Notes under the pieces: generated by a model
What the model saw: the letters and a program-made list of their open reading frames with translations, nothing else
The model's database searches: none
What the model was told of the DNA's origin: nothing
In this document: piece after piece, positions 47,207 to 55,408 of the stretch
Layout of the letters: every line of letters starts with the position of its first letter
Numbering within the stretch: position 1 is the stretch's first letter
Program-made: the position numbers and the translations under genes
IMG/VR virus record: IMGVR_UViG_3300028805_000057
Coordinates: 64,001 to 128,000 of that record
Length of the DNA stretch: 64,000 nucleotides
Origin: a virus
Lineage: Duplodnaviria; Caudoviricetes
Direction: 5' to 3' (one strand)

Positions 47207-47942
47207 TGCTAAGCCTTATTATGTCGAAGTGAGAGATAATCTTACGCAATATGTCTGGAATATGAATTATCCAACTATTATTACACAAGATACTATCAAT
47301 AAAGCATATAGAGATTGGTATCATAATACAAATGGTAATGTTGGTAAATATAACAAAGCATACTATGATAAGAAACTAAGAGAAGGAGAAGGTAAGCCTG
47401 GTAGTGACTGTTCTGGTATGCATTATGGATTAAGTGGCTATGATAAAACAGCACAGGGGTATTACGATGAATCACCAGAAGACAAAAAAGGAACCATTGA
47501 TAGTATTCCTATTCATGATCTGGTTATTTTGTACCGTGGTCAATCTAAAAGCAAAATAACTCATACTGGTATTTATCTTGGTAATGGAATGACAATACAT
47601 ATGGCTAACTCTACTGATAATTGTATATATGAAACTACAGATGCAGGTAAATGGAAATGGTGGAGTTATGCTAAATTTATTGATTACTCCAAACCATTAG
47701 GAGCAAAACCAATAATCACCAGAGTAATCAAAATAGGTAATAAAGGTATTGATGTTAAACTTTTACAAGACCAGTTAATTAAAAAAGGCTATGATCCTGG
47801 AAAGATTGACGGTGATTTTGGTTCAAAAACCTATACTGCTCTTAAACATTTCCAAGCAGACAATAATATAGCTGTTGATGGTATTGCAGGAAAACAAACT
47901 GTTAAATCTTTGGGGATGCTGTGGAGAGGCGGTTCTTATTAA
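47184..47942 (+). CDS. endolysin: NlpC/P60 peptidase + peptidoglycan-binding domain
   Basis: DCSG..HTGIYLG..IH; G..G.DVK.LQ..L...GY..IDGDFG..FQ..VDGIAG; start 47184 (track 47103). Confidence 0.88.
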   Translation: MNITPQRDAKPYYVEVRDNLTQYVWNMNYPTIITQDTINKAYRDWYHNTNGNVGKYNKAYYDKKLREGEGKPGSDCSGMHYGLSGYDKTAQGYYDESPEDKKGTIDSIPIHDLVILYRGQSKSKITHTGIYLGNGMTIHMANSTDNCIYETTDAGKWKWWSYAKFIDYSKPLGAKPIITRVIKIGNKGIDVKLLQDQLIKKGYDPGKIDGDFGSKTYTALKHFQADNNIAVDGIAGKQTVKSLGMLWRGGSY

Positions 47943-48029
47943 GAAGCGAAACTCAGGTTTGCTTGCAAAGCTCTGAGGCCCATCATATTAATTCACAAAA
48001 TATTCTTGTCTTACTGGATTGATTATATT

Positions 48030-48080
48030 TTACAAATTGTATTTCATAGCGTAAAGAACCCCATAGAATATGCCAAACAT
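48030..48080 (-). CDS. 16-aa hydrophobic peptide MFGIFYGVLYAMKYNL
   Basis: Perfect AAGGAGGTGA SD 5 nt upstream of the ATG on the minus strand. Confidence 0.45.
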   Translation of the reverse strand: MFGIFYGVLYAMKYNL

Positions 48081-48157
48081 GGTAATCACCTCCTTAGTTA
48101 AAAATTATCATGAAGGTGAGACAAGATATTTTATATTAAAAACACTCGAAAGGAGGA

Positions 48158-48300
48158 AAAATATTATGAACATAACCATGTAGAAAATCGCATGGGATTT
48201 ATTCATAAATATTTACAAACAAATATTATGAACAGAACCATACCAAAAAACTGCATGGGATTTATTCATAAATATTTACAAACAAATATTATGAACAGAA
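48158..48300. repeat. 62/63-bp tandem duplication spanning a start codon
   Basis: AAATATTATGAACA three times (ATGs at 48166, 48228, 48291); GCATGGGATTTATTCATAAATATTTACAAAC twice. Confidence 0.85.
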
Positions 48301-49859
48301 TAATGTTTTATAATAAACTAGATAAGTTTAAGAAAAACCTAGAAGAAAAAAATAGTTTAGAACATAGATTTAGTGATCACGATGGTGTTGATAATAAACT
48401 TGATACTAATGGAAATAGACCCAGAGAAGTTCATACGAATGAATATAAGGGCACTTTTAATAATACTAGACGTGGTAATTTATCTAGAGCAACTAAACCT
48501 AAGTCTAATTATGGACAGAGTTATTATACAAAGATTGATAAATATTATCCTGATGGTACTGCTAGATACTTCTATTCAAAAGATGAATATGAAGCATATC
48601 AAAATGGGCAGGTGAAAGGTAATAGTGCTAAACATCTTGATCAAATGATGAAAGAAACTGCTGAGAGAAAAGTTATCGAAGATAAAAAGAAACAACAAGA
48701 AGAAATCTATAGAAAGAATAAAGAAGCAGATGAAGCAAGAGTTAAAGCAGAACAAGAAAAATATGCTAAATTACGTGCTGAAAATAACAAACAAAAACCT
48801 AAGACAAGAGAAGAAGCTGAAAAAGAAGCTATAAAAAGAGAACAAGAAAGAATAAGAAAAGCTGATATTGAAGCTAACAAGAAACCTGAAACTAAGGCAC
48901 TTGAACAAGCTGAAGATGAATTAGTAAAACTTAAAGGAAAACAGAATCTTGCTAAGAATCGTGGTTTAGATGACAAAAACAATAAGAAAGAATATGATAA
49001 GTTGACTAAAGAAATCGAAGCAAAAGAAAAAGAAATTGCTTCAATAAGAAAGAAGATGGCTGATGAAACATTAGCGAATAGAGATAAAGAAATTAAAGAA
49101 GCTACAAAAAGAGAGCAAGAAAGAATAGAAAAAGAAGCTACTGAGAAACTTGAAACTTGGAAAGAAAATATTAAAGATAATATCAATGATTATGCTCTTG
49201 AAGTATATGATAATATTAAGAGATGCGCAAATGATAGAGATGTTTCTTTTAATGTAGATAATCCATTTGTAGATTTATTTAAAGAAGCTCTTAAGAAATA
49301 TGATCCAGACTTTGATGGAGATATCGCAGCATACGTGAGACCTTATCCTGGACAAAGTATTGCAGGTATACTTGGCAGTGAATTACTTAAAGATGATAAA
49401 CATACCAAGATTGCTAAGAAAGTTCTTAATGAATTAGAAGATAATTTAGATAAAACTATTGATAAATATACTATTAATGATGAACAATATGATGATTTCT
49501 TAGATCATCTTAAAGGAAAACAGGAAAAGAATAAAACTGCAGCTATTGATAAAGAAATGGATAATGCAAGAAAATCACTTGAAGCAATGTATAATGGTGA
49601 TGAAAACAGTATTAATCTTGATAAATCTCTTAAGAAAGTACTTGAAACTAAACTTAAAGAAATTGACCCTGAATATGAAAAAGGTAATCTTTATAAATAT
49701 GTAAGACCTTATATTCTTGGTAAATGGTGGAAAGATGATGAATCATATGCTAAAGTTACGGAAGCTCTTAATGAACTTGAAAAAGAATTAAGATCTGCAA
49801 ATAAACATGATGATGCATATGGTGATTTTGTTGAAAAAGTTTCAAAAATACTTGCATGA
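48291..49859 (+). CDS. leader-tagged coiled-coil protein (YYxKID..RYFY module)
   Basis: MNRIMFYNKLDKFK leader, SLEH, YYTKIDKYYPDGTARYFYSKDEYEAY; internal repeat (LK..DP....G....YVRPY). Confidence 0.7.
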   Translation: MNRIMFYNKLDKFKKNLEEKNSLEHRFSDHDGVDNKLDTNGNRPREVHTNEYKGTFNNTRRGNLSRATKPKSNYGQSYYTKIDKYYPDGTARYFYSKDEYEAYQNGQVKGNSAKHLDQMMKETAERKVIEDKKKQQEEIYRKNKEADEARVKAEQEKYAKLRAENNKQKPKTREEAEKEAIKREQERIRKADIEANKKPETKALEQAEDELVKLKGKQNLAKNRGLDDKNNKKEYDKLTKEIEAKEKEIASIRKKMADETLANRDKEIKEATKREQERIEKEATEKLETWKENIKDNINDYALEVYDNIKRCANDRDVSFNVDNPFVDLFKEALKKYDPDFDGDIAAYVRPYPGQSIAGILGSELLKDDKHTKIAKKVLNELEDNLDKTIDKYTINDEQYDDFLDHLKGKQEKNKTAAIDKEMDNARKSLEAMYNGDENSINLDKSLKKVLETKLKEIDPEYEKGNLYKYVRPYILGKWWKDDESYAKVTEALNELEKELRSANKHDDAYGDFVEKVSKILA

Positions 49860-49875
49860 AAGGAGAGTGATTAAG

Positions 49876-50145
49876 ATGGATACATCAAGTATTGCAGTAA
49901 TTATTGTGGCATTAATCGGCGCAATAGCAACAATAACATCAAATATTGTAATGAACAACAAACAGTCAGCAGCAATGGATGCTAAGTTGGATAAGCAGCA
50001 AGGAATTATTGAAGAACGACTAAGTAATTTAAAAGAATCAGTCGATAAACATAATAACTTTGCTCAGAAAATCCCAGCAATCGAAGCAAATATTGAAAAC
50101 ATTGAAAAACGAATCGACAAATTAGAAAGTAAATTAATAAAGTAA
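49876..50145 (+). CDS. membrane-anchored coiled-coil protein (holin/XhlA-like)
   Basis: IAVIIVALIGAIATI TM segment, VDKHNNF; AGGAG RBS (track 49807). Confidence 0.6.
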   Translation: MDTSSIAVIIVALIGAIATITSNIVMNNKQSAAMDAKLDKQQGIIEERLSNLKESVDKHNNFAQKIPAIEANIENIEKRIDKLESKLIK

Positions 50146-50158
50146 GGAAGGAGTCAAA

Positions 50159-50311
50159 ATGGATAGAAATACATTCTTTGATAATCTAAAAAGTTATAAT
50201 GCTAACTCCTTACATAATAATATTACTAACAAACATGCTAGTAATAGATTCGAGTTTTATGATTCATTACAACACCATGGAATGAGAGGAAGTAAAAAGA
50301 AATCAAAATAG
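50159..50311 (+). CDS. 50-aa leader-only microprotein
   Basis: Not in track; AAGGAG RBS; MDRNTFFDNLKSY...NRFEFYDSLQHHGMRGSKKKSK. Confidence 0.6.
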   Translation: MDRNTFFDNLKSYNANSLHNNITNKHASNRFEFYDSLQHHGMRGSKKKSK

Positions 50312-50325
50312 GGGGTTAAATAATC

Positions 50326-51207
50326 ATGGATAGTTTTGAATTTTATTATAATCTTGATTCATATAATAAAAACTCCTTGAGACATAAATCGGAGTCCTCT
50401 CTTAAAGGTACACAAAAAGAAAATGTTAAATACTTTAAGAGAGAAGGTACTCCTGGTAATTACAAATATTATTATACAAAAGAAGAATACGAAGCTTCTA
50501 AGAAACCTGAAAATAAAGTAGATGTTGTAACAAATGTTAAACCTACTTTACAAGCTAATAAAACTTTTAATAAGAAAAAGAAAGTATCTCATAAGTCATT
50601 ATATACACCTATGCAACAAGCTAAGAAAATAAATAATGCTAAGATGAATAAACAATATGATAAGAAATTTGTAGATGTTGTACAAGGTAAAGATAAAATG
50701 ACATCTGAGGAAAGAGTAGAAGAATATAAAAACTATTTACAAGATCCTGAGAATTACAATGAAGATACATATATAGAAAACAGATTAACAAAACTTGGTG
50801 AAGGTGGAAATGTTAATCTTAATCTTCGACCTGAGATTTCTACACAAGAATTAATAGATGCAAAATGGCCTGAAAAAGAAGTAGGCGAAGGATACGCTAC
50901 AGTATTTTCAAGTACATTTTCAAATGAAGGTGACACAGAATTTTATAACTTTACTCCGATTGTTATGGATCCTAAAACTGGTGAGTATCTTGGTTGTATG
51001 GATCCTGAAGAATTTAAACAGTATTGTTATGATGTAATTGATGGTATAAGAGAAGATGATAAGAATTGTCAAATAGGTGGAGCATTTACTGGTGAAAATG
51101 CAAAAGATTTGGCAGAAAAAGCAGCTATAGAAATTCATGATTTACATGAACAGCAACATGTTAATGAAGAGAATAAAAAGAAAAATAAATCAAACAATTC
51201 AAAATGA
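50326..51207 (+). CDS. leader-tagged protein (KY..YYYTKEEY module)
   Basis: MDSFEFYYNLDSY..SLRH..KYFKREGTPGNYKYYYTKEEYEA; C-terminal domain not recognised. Confidence 0.7.
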   Translation: MDSFEFYYNLDSYNKNSLRHKSESSLKGTQKENVKYFKREGTPGNYKYYYTKEEYEASKKPENKVDVVTNVKPTLQANKTFNKKKKVSHKSLYTPMQQAKKINNAKMNKQYDKKFVDVVQGKDKMTSEERVEEYKNYLQDPENYNEDTYIENRLTKLGEGGNVNLNLRPEISTQELIDAKWPEKEVGEGYATVFSSTFSNEGDTEFYNFTPIVMDPKTGEYLGCMDPEEFKQYCYDVIDGIREDDKNCQIGGAFTGENAKDLAEKAAIEIHDLHEQQHVNEENKKKNKSNNSK

Positions 51208-51225
51208 GGGGGTCCTGGTAAAAAT

Positions 51226-52143
51226 ATGTTACAAAAAGAATTCTATACAAAATTAGAAATGGCAAGACAAAAGCAGGACTCCTTACAACATCATGGTATT
51301 AAAGGTCAGAAGTGGGGTGTAAGGCGTTTCCAGTATATGGATGGTTCTTACACCCAAGCTGGCCGTGAAAGATATGGTTATGGTCCTGCAAGACAACCAA
51401 AACAAGAAGATGATAAAGTTGGTGTTATGATACCTATTCCTTCAGCTGCAGTTCCACCAATATTGGCTGCTGGTGCTGCTATTTTAGGAGTAGAATTAGG
51501 ATTATCTACAATAGGTGATGCTATACATAATGCTAAAGTTTCGAAAGATATTAAGAATTGGGAGGCAAATCGAGCAAAAGAAGAAACTGATCCTAAGACT
51601 GGTCTTAAACTTAAATCTGATCCAAATGCTTCTGTTAAAGATGATATGAAAATGATTAACAGAGAATATGGATATGGAATGTTTGCTAAGGCGATTTGGG
51701 ATATTGATTCAAAGAAATCAATGGGTCATACAGAAAATTGTATGCTTTGTACAACTGCTTTGGATCTTAAGAGAAGAGGATATGACGTTAAAGCCGGTTC
51801 AAGTAAAGATGGATACTATGCTAAAGATGTTGCTAATTGGTATAAAGAAAAGAAACAACCTACTATGGGCAAATTTAATAGCATTATAGAACAGCTTAAT
51901 AAACAACCTGAAGGTTCTTATGGAAACTTTATGGTATACTGGAAAGAAGGCGGTGGGCATTCTATGTTTTACAGGATTGAAGGTGGTAAACCTGTAATAT
52001 ATGATGCTCAGTCTAACAAGAATTATACAATATATGAAATTTCAAATCATATAAATAATTCAATTCCAGGACATTGTTTCTTAAGAACAGATAACTTAAC
52101 ACCGGATTACGATTATTTAAAGAAGAATAATATTATAGCCTGA
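51226..52143 (+). CDS. leader-tagged papain-fold (Tox-PL-like) effector 1
   Basis: SLQHHGIKGQKWGVRR, hydrophobic segment, NCMLC..RGYDVKA..GGHS..IYDAQ. Confidence 0.72.
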   Translation: MLQKEFYTKLEMARQKQDSLQHHGIKGQKWGVRRFQYMDGSYTQAGRERYGYGPARQPKQEDDKVGVMIPIPSAAVPPILAAGAAILGVELGLSTIGDAIHNAKVSKDIKNWEANRAKEETDPKTGLKLKSDPNASVKDDMKMINREYGYGMFAKAIWDIDSKKSMGHTENCMLCTTALDLKRRGYDVKAGSSKDGYYAKDVANWYKEKKQPTMGKFNSIIEQLNKQPEGSYGNFMVYWKEGGGHSMFYRIEGGKPVIYDAQSNKNYTIYEISNHINNSIPGHCFLRTDNLTPDYDYLKKNNIIA

Positions 52144-52269
52144 ACGAAGTAAAAAGCTCAGCCTGTGATTGATTTTGAGCAGGGTGGCATAGAACGAATG
52201 TTTAGGATAAAGAATTTGGTTTTCAGAATGAAAAGCAATTATTATTGCATAGGAGGGTTCAAAATAAGT

Positions 52270-53871
52270 ATGAATAGATATGAATTCTATGGAAATATTA
52301 ATACATACAGAAAAAATCAATCAAATAAAGAAAATGAATTAACTCACTACGGAACTCTCGGTCAAAAATGGGGTGTTCGTAAGTGGCAGAACTATGATGG
52401 TACTTTTAATGAGGCTGGTAAGGAAAGATATTTTGGAACTAAGAAAGCTAAAAATGAAGAAAAAATAAATTCAAAATATCAAAATAAAGATGGTTCTTTA
52501 ACACAAGAATATATAAATAAAATTCAAAAATTAACTAATGAAGGTAAATTTGATGAAATTGAAAAACTTAAAAAACAAATAGATTTTGATAAAGTACAAG
52601 AATGGTCTAAGAAAACAAATCCGAATTTATATAAAATGCCAGATTTTAGTGATCCTTCAGAATATGAAGGAGATTTTGAATCATATGTTGAAGATAATTG
52701 GGAAACTGCAGCTAAGAAAAGAGGGTTCGATCTTGATGATATTTTAACAGATGAACAATATGAAATAATTAATCAGGATATGAAGGATTATTTTAATAGT
52801 CATGAAGAAAAAATAGGTTCTGTCTTTAATAAAAATTTAAGTGAAGAAAAGAAAGATAAATTACGAGAAAAATTATATTCACGTGATAGTGAAATGCTTA
52901 CTATAGATCAATTATATGATGAAGATGAACAGAAATATTTATTAAATAAAAAAGTTTCTAAAAAAGTTAATAAATTAGTTGATTGTTTGACTAAAGGTGA
53001 TTTTGATGAATATAATAAAATATTAGAAGATGTTGACCCAGAACATTTACAAACAGTAAAGAATGCTGCACAAGATTTAGCCAATACAAAACAATTAAGA
53101 AATGTCGATACATCTAGATTAACTGAAGTTTCAAAAGATATTTTTGGAAATGATAATATATTAGGTGTTCAAAGTATTCTTGCAATGACAAATAGTGATG
53201 ACATTAATGCACATTCATCAAATAGAGTGTATCCAGTAGATATACGACAGTCAATTATAGATAATAGTACTCTATTAAAAACTGCTATATTAGAATATGA
53301 AAGAGGCTATAAAGATGGATACGAAAGAGATATACAAATTGCTTCTGGCGGTGATGAACGCCGTGCAAAATATATGAAACAGTTTGTTGATGATGTCGAA
53401 GCTGTTAAAGAATACTCTAAAGATTCTAAAGAAATTAATGATGAATTACGTAAGTTAAAAACAAAAGAATCTTGTGACGATAAAGCTTTTATTAATTATC
53501 ATTATACAGAAGCTTTATATGATAATATGCGTAAATATATAAATGATGATTTTCCTGTAAGACTTAAAAAAGGAACAAATGATGCTAAGAAAATGGTTAA
53601 TAATCTTTATAAAAACTTTGAAAAATATTCAAAAGAATTTAAAGAAGATTTATATTATCAATTATTAGATTACTATGATGATGAATATATTTCAAAATCT
53701 GAATTTATGAAAGAAATAGGAAAAATCAATGCTGTTGAAATGTATGGTAATGGTAATATAACTTTTACTTATACAGTACCAGGTGAAATGGGATATGATA
53801 TGGTTAATATAAATGGCAATATAAACGATAATGGGAAACTTACAATAGATGATGCTGATTTTATTGATTAA
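52270..53871 (+). CDS. leader-tagged protein, paralog of 55409..56923
   Basis: MNRYEFYGNINTYR..ELTHYGTLGQKWG; AGGAGG RBS before ATG 52270 (track 52165). Confidence 0.72.
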   Translation: MNRYEFYGNINTYRKNQSNKENELTHYGTLGQKWGVRKWQNYDGTFNEAGKERYFGTKKAKNEEKINSKYQNKDGSLTQEYINKIQKLTNEGKFDEIEKLKKQIDFDKVQEWSKKTNPNLYKMPDFSDPSEYEGDFESYVEDNWETAAKKRGFDLDDILTDEQYEIINQDMKDYFNSHEEKIGSVFNKNLSEEKKDKLREKLYSRDSEMLTIDQLYDEDEQKYLLNKKVSKKVNKLVDCLTKGDFDEYNKILEDVDPEHLQTVKNAAQDLANTKQLRNVDTSRLTEVSKDIFGNDNILGVQSILAMTNSDDINAHSSNRVYPVDIRQSIIDNSTLLKTAILEYERGYKDGYERDIQIASGGDERRAKYMKQFVDDVEAVKEYSKDSKEINDELRKLKTKESCDDKAFINYHYTEALYDNMRKYINDDFPVRLKKGTNDAKKMVNNLYKNFEKYSKEFKEDLYYQLLDYYDDEYISKSEFMKEIGKINAVEMYGNGNITFTYTVPGEMGYDMVNINGNINDNGKLTIDDADFID

Positions 53872-53907
53872 AATTTTTTAAAAGAAAAATCAAAATGGAG
53901 GAATATT

Positions 53908-54177
53908 ATGGGCAATGACTTAGTAGGTCAGGCTATTGAAGCTATGAAAAAATATAGACCTGAAAAAACAGTAATAAAGATTTGGAATAAAGGTAAGTCA
54001 TGTCTTATACTTGCTGCAAAGAATCCTAAAGAATACCAAATGGAGATGGATCCTTATTATATATTTGCTGAGGGTGCTATCTCCGGTATCTCTTATTTGG
54101 ATAATGCTGTCAAGTTAAAAAAGATAATGAAACCAGAGTATATAGCATACACTCGAAAGGAGCTTGGAAATGAATAG
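53908..54177 (+). CDS. small protein, putative immunity/partner 1
   Basis: Paralog of 55131..55391 (KKYxP..AK..DP(Y/F)Y..G..G); no leader. Confidence 0.6.
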   Translation: MGNDLVGQAIEAMKKYRPEKTVIKIWNKGKSCLILAAKNPKEYQMEMDPYYIFAEGAISGISYLDNAVKLKKIMKPEYIAYTRKELGNE

Positions 54178-54231
54178 CTATACTATACAAAAAGCGTATA
54201 GCAGATCCATTCATTATGAAAGGAGTAATAA

Positions 54232-55119
54232 ATGAATAGAATAGAGTTTTATTCAAGTTTAAATAAATATAAAGATATTCAAGAGAAATCTGATAATGAA
54301 TTAAAACACTATGGCATAAAAGACCAGAAATGGGGTGTAAGACGTTGGCAGAATCCTGATGGTACATTTAATGCTGAAGGTAAGTTAAGATATTTCGGTG
54401 CTCAGCCTAAAGAAGGTAGTGTAACTGCACTTGCTGGTGTATTTGCTCTTTGGGGTGCAGAATTAGCTTTGTTAGTTGGCGGACCAGTGACTGCATATGC
54501 AATACAAGATGCTAAAACTACAAATAAAATAAAGAAATTTGAAGCAAATTTAGCAACAGAAAAAACAGATCCTGAAAGTGGATATAAATTAAAGAATGAA
54601 AAAATGTCTAAAAATACTACAAAAGAAGACATGTCATATGTAAATATGGAACAACAATATGCTGGTATGAAACAAAAGAATAGAGATGCTAAAGAAGGAA
54701 CTAGTATGAATTGTTCTTTATGTACTACTGCAATGGTTCTTAGACAAAAAGGATATGATGTACGTGCTGGTAAGACTAAAGAAGGTACATCATATCAAGA
54801 ACAAGAAAAACGTTATAAAGGTGGCAAGTTTACATTAGGAACATTCAAAGATATTATAAAAGAACTCGAAAAACAACCTGAAGGTTCTTACGGACATTTC
54901 TCTGTTGAATGGAGAGAAGCTTATGGTGGAGCTCATAGTATGTTTTATAAGATTGAGAACGGCAAACCTGTAATATATGATTGTCAAGTTAATCAAGTTG
55001 TTAAACCGAAAAATTTATATAAAAATGCTTCGCCTCTTGAAGATAAGACTAAGTTTATGAGATGTGATAATCTCGAAGTTAATTGGGATTATATAAAAGA
55101 GAATAAACTTGTACACTAG
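54232..55119 (+). CDS. leader-tagged papain-fold (Tox-PL-like) effector 2
   Basis: ELKHYGIKDQKWGVRR, hydrophobic segment, NCSLC..KGYDVRA..GAHS..IYDCQ. Confidence 0.72.
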   Translation: MNRIEFYSSLNKYKDIQEKSDNELKHYGIKDQKWGVRRWQNPDGTFNAEGKLRYFGAQPKEGSVTALAGVFALWGAELALLVGGPVTAYAIQDAKTTNKIKKFEANLATEKTDPESGYKLKNEKMSKNTTKEDMSYVNMEQQYAGMKQKNRDAKEGTSMNCSLCTTAMVLRQKGYDVRAGKTKEGTSYQEQEKRYKGGKFTLGTFKDIIKELEKQPEGSYGHFSVEWREAYGGAHSMFYKIENGKPVIYDCQVNQVVKPKNLYKNASPLEDKTKFMRCDNLEVNWDYIKENKLVH

Positions 55120-55130
55120 GAGGAAATAAT

Positions 55131-55391
55131 ATGAATATAATAGATGAAATTAAAGATGCTTTCAAAAAATATAATCCTGATTTATATGTAATAGCAATAT
55201 TTATTGCAGAAAAAGATTTATATTTTGTAGTTGCAAAACATACTCCCGATAAAACAACAGTTGAAGAAGATCCTTTCTATATGTATGGAAATGGAAAAGT
55301 TACTGGTGTTACAATAACAGATTCTGAAGAAAGAATGAATAATGCATTTGAAATTATGCAAGCAAAGAATCGTATTTATGAAATTGATTGA
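55131..55391 (+). CDS. small protein, putative immunity/partner 2
   Basis: Directly after effector 2; paralog of 53908..54177. Confidence 0.6.
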   Translation: MNIIDEIKDAFKKYNPDLYVIAIFIAEKDLYFVVAKHTPDKTTVEEDPFYMYGNGKVTGVTITDSEERMNNAFEIMQAKNRIYEID

Positions 55392-55408
55392 AAGGAGGGA
55401 GTCTTCAA

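Noticed and set aside
32571-47971. Shared GTTTGCTTGCAAAG at about 32593 and 47957
   Set aside because: Two short intergenic copies only; may be regulatory but too little to assign
48158-48300. CRISPR mini-array
   Set aside because: Only two full units, the intervening sequences are related rather than unique spacers, and there are no cas genes (the PD-(D/E)XK gene is a standard phage nuclease)
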